Source of the DNA: an uncultured delta proteobacterium
Lineage (GTDB): Bacteria > Desulfobacterota > RBG-13-43-22
Length of the DNA: 64,000 bases
Assembly (NCBI GenBank): GCA_963843145.1
Contig: CAWJJC010000025.1
Coordinates: 32,001-96,000, forward strand
Direction of reading: 5' to 3'
Within the stretch, counting starts at the first letter, position 1; each line of letters opens with the position of its first letter. A program made the translations under genes and the position numbers. Below the pieces are notes generated by a model. That model did no database searches, was not told the DNA's origin, and saw only the letters and a program-made list of their open reading frames with translations. This document shows positions 10,843-20,789 of the stretch, piece by piece.

Positions 10843-10930
10843 TTTTTTTCATCATCAATATTAGACAGCGAGAATAAGTTATCGGGCATTCCGGAAAAGG
10901 CTTGAGACGGGTGGAATTATTTTCCAGACC

Positions 10931-11980
10931 TCAATATCCGGTGGAACCTGCATTTATTGTGGGGAAACTTGAGGGTTGCTGGACAACTTTGACTGATTCT
11001 TTGGTCTCTGGCCGATTTATCCCGAGCTTATGCATCCTGCCCCTCAAGGTACTTGGATGGAGGCCAAGGATGTTTGCGGCTCCGTCATTTCCCTCGATGC
11101 GCCAGCGGGTTTCCGATAGGACCTTAAGGACGTGGTAGCATTCTACCTCTTCCAGGGTTTTCATGTCGACCGAAGAGGTGGAAGATGGGATCTCCAGTTT
11201 ATCTGCCAATTGCAAAACCGGCCCGGGGCACAAGATCACGGCTCGTTCAATGACACTTTCCAATTCCCGGATGTTCCCGGGCCAGGGGTAATCCTGCAGG
11301 GTCTTCATCGTTTCCTTCCGGATGGAGGTGATCGGCTTCCCCATTTTTCCGGCATAGCGCTCCGTGAAGGCCTGGGCCAGAATCGGTATGTCTTCTTTTC
11401 TCTGCCTTAGAGGAGGGACCGTGATGGGAAAGACGTTCAGCCGATAGTAAAGGTCCTGCCGAAACCGGCCTTGACGGACCTCCTCGTCAAGATTTCGGTT
11501 GGTCGTGGCTACAATCCGCACATCGGCTTTGATGGTCTGGGACGAGCCCAGGCGCTCAAACTCGTTATGCTGGATCACCCGCAGCAGTTTGGCCTGCATC
11601 TCCAGCGGCAGTTCCCCTATCTCGTCCAGGCAAAGGGTGGAACCATGGGCGACCTCGAACCGGCCTACCTGCCGGGTATCGGCCCCGGTAAAGGCCCCCT
11701 TCTCCCGGCCGAACAATTCGCTCTCTATTAAATTAGCCGGCAGGGCGGCACAGTTGACGGTGATCAGCGGCCGATCCTTGCGGGGGCTCAGGCTGTGGAT
11801 GAGGTCGGCGGTCAGTTCCTTTCCTGTACCGGTCTCCCCGAGGATGAGGACCGTTGTGTTATGAGGGGCGACCTGTTCTGCCCGATAAAGAACATACTTA
11901 AGTCCATCGCTTTGCCCGAGGATATGATTGAATTGATGTTTCATTAAATCTCTCCAGTTAACTCTTTCCATATCCGGCAA
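10931..11980 (-). CDS. Sigma-54-dependent AAA+ activator with Fis HTH and no N-terminal sensor
   Basis: GETGTGKE Walker A; [15 protein letters not shown]; [13 protein letters not shown]; WPGNIREL; C-terminal [12 protein letters not shown]. Confidence 0.88.
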   Translation of the reverse strand: MPDMERVNWRDLMKHQFNHILGQSDGLKYVLYRAEQVAPHNTTVLILGETGTGKELTADLIHSLSPRKDRPLITVNCAALPANLIESELFGREKGAFTGADTRQVGRFEVAHGSTLCLDEIGELPLEMQAKLLRVIQHNEFERLGSSQTIKADVRIVATTNRNLDEEVRQGRFRQDLYYRLNVFPITVPPLRQRKEDIPILAQAFTERYAGKMGKPITSIRKETMKTLQDYPWPGNIRELESVIERAVILCPGPVLQLADKLEIPSSTSSVDMKTLEEVECYHVLKVLSETRWRIEGNDGAANILGLHPSTLRGRMHKLGINRPETKESVKVVQQPSSFPTINAGSTGY

Positions 11981-12269
11981 GTCGTGTAAACCACGGGTTT
12001 TTGCTTAATCGGAGACTAAAAATAATCCATCCGATCAAGCCAAAAAGAAAGATACCTATAAAAATTGTTTCTTGTAAATTGAAATACCAATCTGGAGCGT
12101 CGTTCCCCCAACCTATTACTGTAGCCAGAAAAAAATGCCAGGAATAATTTAAAAAAACCCCTATTACGACTCCTTGGATAGTCATTACAGTGATCCTGAT
12201 AATTTTCTCTAAAATAGACATTAATGGCCTTGAGGGAAGCAATAACTTTTTAAAAGTACATTGCTTCAT
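11958..12269 (-). CDS. Hypothetical membrane protein
   Basis: AT-rich ORF with two hydrophobic segments. Confidence 0.4.
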   Translation of the reverse strand: MKQCTFKKLLLPSRPLMSILEKIIRITVMTIQGVVIGVFLNYSWHFFLATVIGWGNDAPDWYFNLQETIFIGIFLFGLIGWIIFSLRLSKNPWFTRLAGYGKS

Positions 12270-12579
12270 ATAGGGTCAGAAAGGAATACAGGGAAGACCT
12301 TATTTTTTAGAAGAAAATGCTGTATTTTTAGGGTGAAAGATAATATCTTGCAGATTTTTAGATAAGTTCCATTCTGGCTGAACGTTCCTCTCTATGGATG
12401 AAGCAGATAGAACCAACTATCTGCTGGCTGAGTGGTTGAGTTTAAATCGTAATCGTTGAACTTTGAGCTTTATAGAAATAACCATTTGTAGGTGTACTGG
12501 GAAAATCCGGGAGAGGGAGTATTTTTCGAGGGAAATCGAGGATTTTTTTCCGAAAGATGCTAGCTAAAAAGGAGGAAAT

Positions 12580-13824
12580 GTGTCTACCAGAGAAGGTTCG
12601 ATAGTCTTCAATCCAGCACTCATTGGACATCTCGAAATTAAAAACCGTATAGTCCGTTCGGCCACGTACGAGAATGCGGCCACAAGCAAAGGTGAGGTAT
12701 CGGATTTTTTAGTGGACCTTTATCGCACTTTGGCCAAAGGGGGTGTGGGTCTGATAATCACCGGCGCTGCCGGCGTATACTCCAAGGCGCTGGCGCCCCA
12801 TCTCTTATTGCGAGCGGATAACGATTCTTTTATTCAGAGTCTCAAAAAAATCCCACAGGCAGTGCGGGAAGCTACGCCGGACTGCAGGGTGATGATCCAA
12901 TTGAATCATCCCGGAAGACAGGTCATTCACCGAGAAAACACTGCTAAAATATTTCCCCTGCTTCCGCCAGCCATGGTCGCCTATATTCAAAAGCATCCTG
13001 AGCTCATGGCACCCCCTGCGGAAGCCATCCATGAGGTAGAGCCAACCGCCCCTTCCGCGGTCTACGACGCGACCTTCGATCGGACGCCGAGGGCGTTGAC
13101 CCAAGACGAAATTGAGGAAATCATTGAGGCCTTTGCCGAAGGCGTACGGCGGGCTCAAGAGGCTGGTTTTGACGGGGTTCAGCTTCATGCTGCTCACGGC
13201 TATCTTCTGAGCTCCTTTTTATCACCGCGGACTAATCAGCGCAAGGATCAATATGGCGGTTCCACTGAGAATCGGACCAGAATCGTCAAGGACATCTACC
13301 AGCGAGCCAGAAAAAAGGTCGGCGAGCGTTTCCCCATTCTGATTAAATTCAACACCACTGATTTCCTTCCTGGGGGCCCAGACCTCAACGAAACGGTCCA
13401 GGTGGGAAAGATCTTAGGCGAGGTCGGGTTCGCGGCCATTGAGGCCAGCGGGGGTATGTGGGAATCATGCACCCGCCCGAAAGAGGAACTGGGGTGGCCT
13501 CCTGTGCTCTTGGCCGAATCTCGGACCGGCATTAAAAGTTATGATCAAGAAGCCTATTTCCTCCCGGGTGCGAAAGAACTCAAAGAAAAGACGAATGCGA
13601 CTGTCATCCTAGTGGGAGGTTTACGGTCGTTCAGTAGAATAGAAGAAGTCTTGAGTGCCAAGGCGGCGGATTTCGTCTCAATGTCCAGGCCCCTTATCCG
13701 CCAGCCGGACCTCCCCCTCCTCTGGCGATCCGGGGAGGGACCAGACAAAGCCGAGTGTATTTCCTGCAATTCCTGCCTGCCGATAAGAAGTTCTCCTTTG
13801 GCTTGTCGGGTAAAGAACCCATAG
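12580..13824 (+). CDS. NADH:flavin oxidoreductase (old yellow enzyme family)
   Basis: IKNRIVRSATYE; QLNHPGRQ; AGFDGVQLHAAHGYLLSSFLSP; RKDQYGGSTENR; C-terminal CISCNSC. Confidence 0.92.
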   Translation: MSTREGSIVFNPALIGHLEIKNRIVRSATYENAATSKGEVSDFLVDLYRTLAKGGVGLIITGAAGVYSKALAPHLLLRADNDSFIQSLKKIPQAVREATPDCRVMIQLNHPGRQVIHRENTAKIFPLLPPAMVAYIQKHPELMAPPAEAIHEVEPTAPSAVYDATFDRTPRALTQDEIEEIIEAFAEGVRRAQEAGFDGVQLHAAHGYLLSSFLSPRTNQRKDQYGGSTENRTRIVKDIYQRARKKVGERFPILIKFNTTDFLPGGPDLNETVQVGKILGEVGFAAIEASGGMWESCTRPKEELGWPPVLLAESRTGIKSYDQEAYFLPGAKELKEKTNATVILVGGLRSFSRIEEVLSAKAADFVSMSRPLIRQPDLPLLWRSGEGPDKAECISCNSCLPIRSSPLACRVKNP

Positions 13825-14503
13825 GCGTCCCTGAGAGCATTCTTCGCGAGATTTCATGCTCCTGTTCTGCCATAGGACTATGGGAGTGATCAGTATTCGA
13901 ATTGGGTCAAATTTAGTATTTTAGGATGGGGAAGGCTAAAATCACTTTCAATCGGAAAATTCCAGCCTTTTTCGTTTATTTCGGGGAAAAGGTTATAAAC
14001 TTGCAACGACTTTATTATAGGCGGAAATCATCACCTCGGCTCAGCATTGAAAGTTGCGGCTTTGTAGTTGGAGTCCGCTCGGGGGGGGGGCAATAAACTA
14101 AATCATTCCGGCACCTCCTTCCGTTAATCCACCACTAAAGAAATATAACCCGGGCTATTACCCCACCCGAAATCACGCTTCATCCAATTCTTCCAATCAG
14201 GAAGTGTTTCGCGGGCCTACCCCTTTACCCCACTTGCCCCTTATCTTGTCTTAAAGGTGCTGAATTCGTTATCAGCATAGCATCCAAATTACGTTTTAAA
14301 TCGATTGTTGGGAATATTAGGGGCCCCACCGCGCTTATTATTTTTTTAACCTTTTCCCCTCCCACAGGATCGAAAGCTATGAGGGTTAAATGAAAATAGA
14401 AATCAAAGATGGTTAAACTCGAAAAGGAAATTTGGGAACCGAAATAAAAAATTAGGCCAAAACCCCGGCAGCTTGTCATTCATCACTCAAAAGGAGACCG
14501 ATC

Positions 14504-14992
14504 ATGAAACGAATTGCTCATCCGTTCACTAATCCAAGCGCACTTCTTATTTCGGCGGTGGCCTTCCTGGTCACTATCGCTTTCGCCGGCGCAAATCTTT
14601 CCCAGGCGGCTTCGGCCGAACCGGCCCAGAAGCCCCCGGCTAGGGTCTCTAAAGTCGATCGCACCGAGGTGCGTATCAAAGACTTGCAGGCTAGACTCAA
14701 AATCACACCAGCCCAGGAAGAACTATGGAAAAAGGTCACCGAAGTGATGCGGGACAATGCCAAAACGATGGACACCCTTCGCCAGGCCAGGCTGGAAAAA
14801 GCAAAGGCCCTGACCGCCGTCGAAGATCTCAAATCCTATAGCGAAATCGCCCAGGCCCATGCGGAGGGGCTCAAGAATTTCATCCCGGCCTTCGAGGCGC
14901 TCTATGCCAGCATGTCGGACGAGCAGAAAAAAGATGCGGATACCCTGTTTCGTCGTGGAACCCAGAGGAAGGGCAAGGGCAGAAGCAAATGA
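14504..14992 (+). CDS. Spy/CpxP (LTXXQ) family periplasmic chaperone
   Basis: Signal peptide; LKITPAQEELW; LYASMSDEQKKDAD. Confidence 0.85.
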   Translation: MKRIAHPFTNPSALLISAVAFLVTIAFAGANLSQAASAEPAQKPPARVSKVDRTEVRIKDLQARLKITPAQEELWKKVTEVMRDNAKTMDTLRQARLEKAKALTAVEDLKSYSEIAQAHAEGLKNFIPAFEALYASMSDEQKKDADTLFRRGTQRKGKGRSK

Positions 14993-15033
14993 TCGCCGGC
15001 CTGACAACCACCAGTCAAGAAAGGAAGGGACCT

Positions 15034-15339
15034 ATGAGAACCTCAATAGTCGGAAAGATCATGATGGCGCTTATCTTTGTCTCTCTGATCGGCGGCATAT
15101 CCGCGGGTCCGGCGCTCGGCAGAAATGGCGATAGCGTTCAAAGGCCGCAGCAACGCGGCTGGGCCGATGACCGCGACCGGCACGACGACCGCGACCGGCG
15201 CTGGGATCGTGGACGGCGGGAGTATCGGCCCCATGGCTACTACCGTCCGGGACCCAGTTATGGTCCACCGATCTACGCTGTCCCGGCTCCGTCGCCGGGC
15301 ATCAGAATCTTCCTCCCCTTCCCGTTCGATATTCGCTAG
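15034..15339 (+). CDS. Small secreted Arg/Asp-rich protein
   Basis: RBS before ATG 15034; signal peptide; DDRDR repeats; PAPSPGIRIFLP tail. Confidence 0.65.
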   Translation: MRTSIVGKIMMALIFVSLIGGISAGPALGRNGDSVQRPQQRGWADDRDRHDDRDRRWDRGRREYRPHGYYRPGPSYGPPIYAVPAPSPGIRIFLPFPFDIR

Positions 15340-15459
15340 GGGGATCCTCACCGTCGATCGCCGATTGCTCACGCCGCCTTACACCGTGCCGTCGTGAGCA
15401 ATCGGGCTCGCTGAGGATAAACGTAAAACGATTAAATAATAAACTTAGAGGATAGAAAA

Positions 15460-15603
15460 ATGAAAAAAACTATTATGTTTTGGATTATGTTCGGGATGGT
15501 TTTAACCTCCCTGGGGGGCTGTTTCATTCCCTATTATGATGACGGTGGTGGACACCGTCGACATGGCGGGGACAGATACGACCGCTGGGACCATAGAAGA
15601 TAA
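15460..15603 (+). CDS. 47-aa lipoprotein (not in ORF track)
   Basis: GAGG RBS; MKKTIMFWIMFGMVLTSLGGCFIPYYDDGGGHRRHGGDRYDRWDHRR; lipobox LGGC. Confidence 0.7.
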   Translation: MKKTIMFWIMFGMVLTSLGGCFIPYYDDGGGHRRHGGDRYDRWDHRR

Positions 15604-15606
15604 AAA

Positions 15607-15642
15607 GGACCTAGTCCCGCTTAGAATGGCGGGACCAGGTCC
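15607..15642. terminator. Hairpin between the convergent lipoprotein gene and tRNA-Val
   Basis: GGACCTAGTCCCGC-ttagaatg-GCGGGACCAGGTCC. Confidence 0.6.
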
Positions 15643-15652
15643 TGGCTAGGCA

Positions 15653-15727
15653 TGGTAGGCACGACGAGGGTTGAACTCGTGACCCCTACCGTGTCAGGGT
15701 AGTGCTCTCCCACTGAGCTACGTGCCT
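15653..15727 (-). tRNA. tRNA-Val(GAC)
   Basis: Reverse complement AGGCACGTAGCTCAGTGGGAGAGCACTACCCTGACACGGTAGGGGTCACGAGTTCAACCCTCGTCGTGCCTACCA forms a cloverleaf with anticodon GAC and a CCA end. Confidence 0.95.
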
Positions 15728-15948
15728 ATATTTTTCATTTACGATCCTAATCAATTATCCGTGCGGCTGTCAAGAAAAATTCCGGTTATCAGGTGCTGAT
15801 GGGCTCGCCAGAAGTCCATCAGCAGCCCGAGCGCGACTAAGCGCCGGGCTGGGGTGGGGGTGGGACCATTGGAATTCACTTCCAAATGGCGGGGGAGGGA
15901 GAACCCTCCCCCGCCGAGCAGAAAGTCGTTTTTTGACTTTTTGCGAGG

Positions 15949-16476
15949 TTAAGTAATGGTCCGCAGACCGGAATAGATGTAATGCAATCCCGAGACAACC
16001 GTCAGGACCAGCGTCAAGTACACAATCCCCGGCTTCACCCAGGGCGCCCACTGGAGGTATCCGGAAGCCAGAATAATCACGATCAGCAGGGCCTGGCAGG
16101 CGGTAGTCAGTTTGCTGACGATCGAAGGCTTAATGTCCATCCGCAACTGGTTGAGGAAAAGGATGGCTACGCCGACGACGATCACCACATCCCGGCTGAT
16201 GACAATCACGGTCAGCCAGCCCGGGATCTGTTTCAAGACGGCCAGCGTGATAAAGGCCGTGGACAACAGGAGCTTATCGGCGATCGGGTCCAGGAACGAG
16301 CCCAGGCGGGTCTTCTGGGAGAACACCCGGGCCACAAACCCATCCAGGGCATCAGACACGGCCGCCGCCATAAAAACCCAGAGCGCCTGATTCAGTGCCC
16401 CGTTGATCAGCAGGATGGCAAACCAGGGGATCAGGATGATCCGGATCAGGGTGATCCAATTGGCGAACGAATTCAC
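15949..16476 (-). CDS. CDP-alcohol phosphatidyltransferase (PgsA-like)
   Basis: ANWITLIR...SDALDGFVAR...LGSFLDPIADK signature. Confidence 0.9.
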   Translation of the reverse strand: MNSFANWITLIRIILIPWFAILLINGALNQALWVFMAAAVSDALDGFVARVFSQKTRLGSFLDPIADKLLLSTAFITLAVLKQIPGWLTVIVISRDVVIVVGVAILFLNQLRMDIKPSIVSKLTTACQALLIVIILASGYLQWAPWVKPGIVYLTLVLTVVSGLHYIYSGLRTIT

Positions 16477-16480
16477 AACC

Positions 16481-17401
16481 TCAACCTTTCAGGAAAATTT
16501 TTGCCTTTTCGTGGATGGTATCAAACTCTTCCGGGAAAAACCAGTTCAAATCAGGCTCCCTGGAGAGCCAGGTGAATTGCCGCTTGGCATAGCGGCGGGT
16601 GTCTCGTTTAAGGAGTTCCAGCGCCTGACCCAGTTCCCACTCCCCTTTCACGACTTTGATCAAATGGCGGTACCCCAAGGCATTCAGTGGACGTAATTCC
16701 GGCCCGTATCCTTGAGCCAGCAATCCTTCCACCTCCTCCAGAAACCCCTGCCGGATCATTTCATCGGCCCTCCGGTTGATGCGCTCATAGAGTTTGGCCC
16801 GGTCCTCCCGCAGTCCGATCCAAAAAAAAAATCCGGGATCCTCCGGCTTCCGGTCCCACTGCTGCCATTCCGAAAGGCGACGCCCGGTCAGTTCCAGCAC
16901 TTCCAGGGCGCGGATCAATCGGACCCGGTCCCGGAAATGAATTCGCCCGGCTGCCGCCGGATCCCTTTCATTCAAACATTCCCAGAGGAAATTCTCTTCC
17001 CGCCCTGCAGCCTGATCGACCCATTTCTGCCGAATCTCCGCCTTCGGTTCCGGGCAGGGGAACAGACCCCGCTGCAGGACCCGCAAGTAAAGGCCTGTCC
17101 CGCCGATTACGATAATAGGCTTTTGCCTGGCAGCCAGCCCGGAGATGGCCTCCAGGGCCAGGTTTCTGAAATCGGCGGCCTGGAAGGACTGATCGGGATT
17201 ACGAATATCGATCAGGTGATAGGGGACTTCCGTCCGCTCTTCCGGACTTGGCTTGGCCGTTCCGATATCCAGGTGCCGGTAAACCTGCATGGAATCGGCA
17301 TTGATGATCTCCCCACCCAGGGTTTTGGCCAAGCGGTGGCCCAAGCTCGATTTACCGACAGCGGTCGGACCGGTAATGATGACCACCTTAAAGTCCTTCA
17401 T
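16481..17401 (-). CDS. miaA: tRNA dimethylallyltransferase
   Basis: GPTAVGKS; ADSMQVYRHLDIGTAKP; GGTGLY; TRRYAKRQFTW. Confidence 0.97.
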   Translation of the reverse strand: MKDFKVVIITGPTAVGKSSLGHRLAKTLGGEIINADSMQVYRHLDIGTAKPSPEERTEVPYHLIDIRNPDQSFQAADFRNLALEAISGLAARQKPIIVIGGTGLYLRVLQRGLFPCPEPKAEIRQKWVDQAAGREENFLWECLNERDPAAAGRIHFRDRVRLIRALEVLELTGRRLSEWQQWDRKPEDPGFFFWIGLREDRAKLYERINRRADEMIRQGFLEEVEGLLAQGYGPELRPLNALGYRHLIKVVKGEWELGQALELLKRDTRRYAKRQFTWLSREPDLNWFFPEEFDTIHEKAKIFLKG

Positions 17402-19185
17402 TTCCTTTTCAGCCGCCTCTCGATTTCATCCAGCGACAGCAGGAACCACAGGGGCCGACCGTGAGGGCAGTGTGAGGGTTGCTCGGTTTGATCCAAATCG
17501 CGCAGCAAACTCCGCATCTCCGCTTCCGTCAAGGATTGACCGGCTTTAATGGCCCCGTGGCAGGCCAGGCTCTTCAGAAGCCTCTCGGCCTGATCGGAGT
17601 GATCGCTTGTTTCCCGCCCGGACGTTAGGGTCAAAAAAATTTCCTGCACGGCTTCCGCCGCCTGGGCTGGCGATAATTCCTGCGGGATGGCCGTAATCCG
17701 GTACGAGGGTCCCCTGCCCGGCGCCCAATCAAAACCCAAGGCCCGAAGACTGCTTTCCAGGTCCTGGACCGTTTCCGGATCCGTCGGCGCCAGTTCGAGC
17801 ACCAGGGGCGTCAACAAAAGCTGCGAGGCCACCCCGCCCCGACGCCGGCCCTGAAGAAATTTTTCATAAAGGACCCGTTCATGGGCGGCGTGCTGATCCA
17901 CCACCAGCAGACCCGATTCTCCCACGGCCAAAAGGTACGATCGGTATACTTGCCCCAGCAGGAACAGTCCCGAAAAGGGGCCGGTTTTCCTCTCAACCGG
18001 TGTCCCGGAAAGAGTCGGCGCCGCTTCGGAAGCCCTTTCCGCTTCCGGCCGGAATCCCTGTCCGGGCCGGAAGGAGGAAAAGGCCGCCGGTGAAGCCAAG
18101 GCCGCCTGCGGTTCGCGAAGCAAGGGCAACTCTTCCGAAGCGGTTTCTCGAAAAGGCGGGAAATAGGCCATTCGAGAATTGACCTCCAGGGGCGTCAGGT
18201 TTTTTAAGGCCCGGCCCAGGGCTTTTCGACCCACCTCCAGCACCCATTCCTCGTGGCTGAAACGGACCTCCTGCTTGGCAGGATGAATGTTTACATCCAC
18301 CAATTCGGGAGGAACCTCCATCCACAAGGCGGCCAAGGGGAATCGGCCCTGGGGGAGCATGCCTTTATAAGAACTCAAAATCAGAGGATAAAGTAAAGGA
18401 CTCCGAACCCAGCGGCGGTTGACGATCAAGGCTACATAGCGGCCGGTATTGAGGTGAACCTGGGGCGGAGAAACAAATCCTTGAACCCGGACATTATATT
18501 CCTCCCCTTCCACCCCGATCAATCCCGAAGTCCGCTCTTTTCCCCAGAGCTCTTCCAGTCGAAAGACGCGCTGTTTCGTCGGCAGCAAATGAATGACCTT
18601 TTTTCCGTTATGGTGCAAGGTCATCTGGATCTCCGGGAACCCCAGGGCCACCCGCTCAAAGGCCGATTGAATCCGGCTCCATTCGGCCCGAGGGCTCTTT
18701 AGAAAGGCCAGGCGCGCCGGGGTATGGTAGAATAAATCGTTTACCTCCACGGTAGTCCCGGAGATCCCGGCGATCTCCACCAGCCCTTTTTTCTCACCAC
18801 CCCAGATCTCGAGGCGCTGGCCGCTGCCGGCGCCCCGGGGGATGGAACGTATGGACAGCCGGCTGACAGCGGCGATGCTGGGCAAGGCCTCGCCCCGAAA
18901 ACCCATGGTCTTCAAACCGTAGAGGTCGTTGAGCCCTTTAATTTTGCTGGTGGCGTGCCGTTCGACGGACAGAGAAAGATCCTCCAGAGTCATCCCCTGG
19001 CCGTTATCCGTTACCAGGATCTGGGAGGTCCCGGCTTGTTGAATTTCCACCCGGATTTCGGTGGCCCCGGCGTCTACCGCGTTTTCCAACAGTTCCTTCA
19101 CCACCGAAGCCGGCCGCTCCACCACTTCACCGGCGGCGATCTGGTTGATCAGCATTTCGGAGAGTATTTTAATTCTGTTTTCCAT
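17398..19185 (-). CDS. mutL: DNA mismatch repair endonuclease MutL
   Basis: NQIAAGEVVERP; GFRGEAL; DQHAAHER; CPHGRP. Confidence 0.97.
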   Translation of the reverse strand: MENRIKILSEMLINQIAAGEVVERPASVVKELLENAVDAGATEIRVEIQQAGTSQILVTDNGQGMTLEDLSLSVERHATSKIKGLNDLYGLKTMGFRGEALPSIAAVSRLSIRSIPRGAGSGQRLEIWGGEKKGLVEIAGISGTTVEVNDLFYHTPARLAFLKSPRAEWSRIQSAFERVALGFPEIQMTLHHNGKKVIHLLPTKQRVFRLEELWGKERTSGLIGVEGEEYNVRVQGFVSPPQVHLNTGRYVALIVNRRWVRSPLLYPLILSSYKGMLPQGRFPLAALWMEVPPELVDVNIHPAKQEVRFSHEEWVLEVGRKALGRALKNLTPLEVNSRMAYFPPFRETASEELPLLREPQAALASPAAFSSFRPGQGFRPEAERASEAAPTLSGTPVERKTGPFSGLFLLGQVYRSYLLAVGESGLLVVDQHAAHERVLYEKFLQGRRRGGVASQLLLTPLVLELAPTDPETVQDLESSLRALGFDWAPGRGPSYRITAIPQELSPAQAAEAVQEIFLTLTSGRETSDHSDQAERLLKSLACHGAIKAGQSLTEAEMRSLLRDLDQTEQPSHCPHGRPLWFLLSLDEIERRLKRK

Positions 19186-19433
19186 AGGATCATTCGGGAA
19201 GGAGGCCGGCTCTTTTTATAGCATAAACCTTTGCCCTCAGCCAAAGGAAATCCCGCTGTTCATCAATTTCGGCCATGACTTCAACCTTGCTTTTTATGGC
19301 TTTTATGCGGTATCCTTAATTCAAGGAGGGCTGCCAAGGTTCTTCTTAAAATAAAAGGCCTCTGCTTCCTGAAAACGCCTTCTTCCTGAAGTAGAGGCCT
19401 TTAGCTTATTACCTTCTGCGGAGGTTTTAGACC

Positions 19434-19586
19434 ATGAAACCGGAAGAGGAATTGATCCTGAAAGTGACCAAGGAAATCGTCATTAAATACATTGAAATCG
19501 GACGCCTGGCCATCAGCAGCTTCGATGAAGCCTTCCGGGGCATTTACCGGACTGTGGAAGAAACAGTCCAAACCAAAAAACCCTAA
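19434..19586 (+). CDS. Small 50-aa protein (not in ORF track)
   Basis: GGAGG RBS; MKPEEELILKVTKEIVIKYIEIGRLAISSFDEAFRGIYRTVEETVQTKKP. Resembles a small conserved deltaproteobacterial family (recalled, not verified). Confidence 0.75.
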   Translation: MKPEEELILKVTKEIVIKYIEIGRLAISSFDEAFRGIYRTVEETVQTKKP

Positions 19587-19598
19587 TTAATAGGCCGC

Positions 19599-19908
19599 TT
19601 CGCCCTTTTGGGTGTGTCCCCCCCTAGATCTGGTATGGCCGTGGGGTCTCGGCGAAAGGGTTTTCCAAAGGTACTCCGGACTTCGAACCCGGGCCTAACT
19701 TAATAACTTTACTTAAAGCAGGCCCATACTCAGCATATTTTGATGTCTCCTCGGCCGGCCCTGCCTTGTGGAACATTTGATAGTAAGGGGGCCGGGTTAG
19801 AACCTAAAAAGCAATAGGGAAAACCCTTTCGCCGAGACCCCACGGCCATGGAGGTCCGATTTCAGGTTAATCTATTCCATATTGCGGCCAACCACCCAAA
19901 AGGGCGAA
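19599..19908. repeat. ~310 bp nested inverted-repeat element (MITE/REPIN-like)
   Basis: Outer 16-bp IR TTCGCCCTTTTGGGTG (19599-19614 / 19893-19908). Inner perfect 32-bp IR ATGGCCGTGGGGTCTCGGCGAAAGGGTTTTCC (19635-19666 / 19818-19849). Confidence 0.85.
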
Positions 19909-19914
19909 CCACCA

Positions 19915-20658
19915 TCAATAGATCACCTTTCGTAAAAACAGCCCCTGGGCCGGGGCCATGGCCCCGGCCTGGGACCGGTCCCGAGAAGCCAAAATATCCT
20001 GCCACTGTCCCAAGCTGATCTTTTTCATTCCCAGACGAACTAAAGCCCCGACCAGATTGCGGACCATGTGCCGGAGAAACCCGTCGCCCTGGAATCGCAA
20101 ACGGACCCCTCCCCGGCGTAAACGGATCAAATCGGCCTGAAACAGGGTCTTGACCGTCTGCTTCACGTCGCTCCCGGCGGTCTGGTAGGCTGAAAAATCA
20201 TGCTCCCCTTTGAGCTCCAAAAGCCCCTGGCTCATCAGTCCAAAATCCAGCGGTTGACCGATCCACCAACTGTAACGCCGATAAAAAGGCGCCGGCCAGC
20301 CTCCATTCAAGAGATAATAATCGTAAGTCTTCAGGCGGCTGTCATAGCGGGCATGAAAGTCGGGCAGCGTTTCCTGAACCGATCGAATGCGGATATCCGG
20401 AGGCAGAAGGGCGTTAAGGGCGCTTTGCCATTTTTCCAGAGTCAGGGCCGCCAGCGTTTTAAAATGGGCCACCTGGCCCCAGGCGTGAACTCCGGCATCC
20501 GTTCGGCCGGCCCCCGTCAGGGCGATCGGCTCCCGGGTAATTTTTTGCAATACGGCTTCCAGAGTTCCCTGAATCGTGGGGGCCTGGGGCTGGCGCTGCC
20601 AGCCCTGGAAATCGGTACCGTCATAAGCGATGAGCAGGCGGATAGTACGGGAAGACAT
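19915..20658 (-). CDS. truA: tRNA pseudouridine(38-40) synthase
   Basis: YDGTDFQGWQRQ; AGRTDAGVHA; FHARY; GFLRHMVR. Confidence 0.97.
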   Translation of the reverse strand: MSSRTIRLLIAYDGTDFQGWQRQPQAPTIQGTLEAVLQKITREPIALTGAGRTDAGVHAWGQVAHFKTLAALTLEKWQSALNALLPPDIRIRSVQETLPDFHARYDSRLKTYDYYLLNGGWPAPFYRRYSWWIGQPLDFGLMSQGLLELKGEHDFSAYQTAGSDVKQTVKTLFQADLIRLRRGGVRLRFQGDGFLRHMVRNLVGALVRLGMKKISLGQWQDILASRDRSQAGAMAPAQGLFLRKVIY

Positions 20659-20659
20659 A

Positions 20660-20786
20660 TTCGTTTATTTGGTTTGTTTCGTTGATTTGGTTTGTTTGGT
20701 TTATTTATCGGAATTGGTTAATGGGTGAAATCCGCCAGATCTTCTCGAACCAGATAACGAAATAAACCAAACAAACGAGATAAACG
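20660..20786. repeat. Low-complexity imperfect inverted repeat
   Basis: TTTGGTTTGTTT-type tracts face AAACCAAACAAAC tracts between argC and truA. Confidence 0.55.
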
Positions 20787-20789
20787 CGC

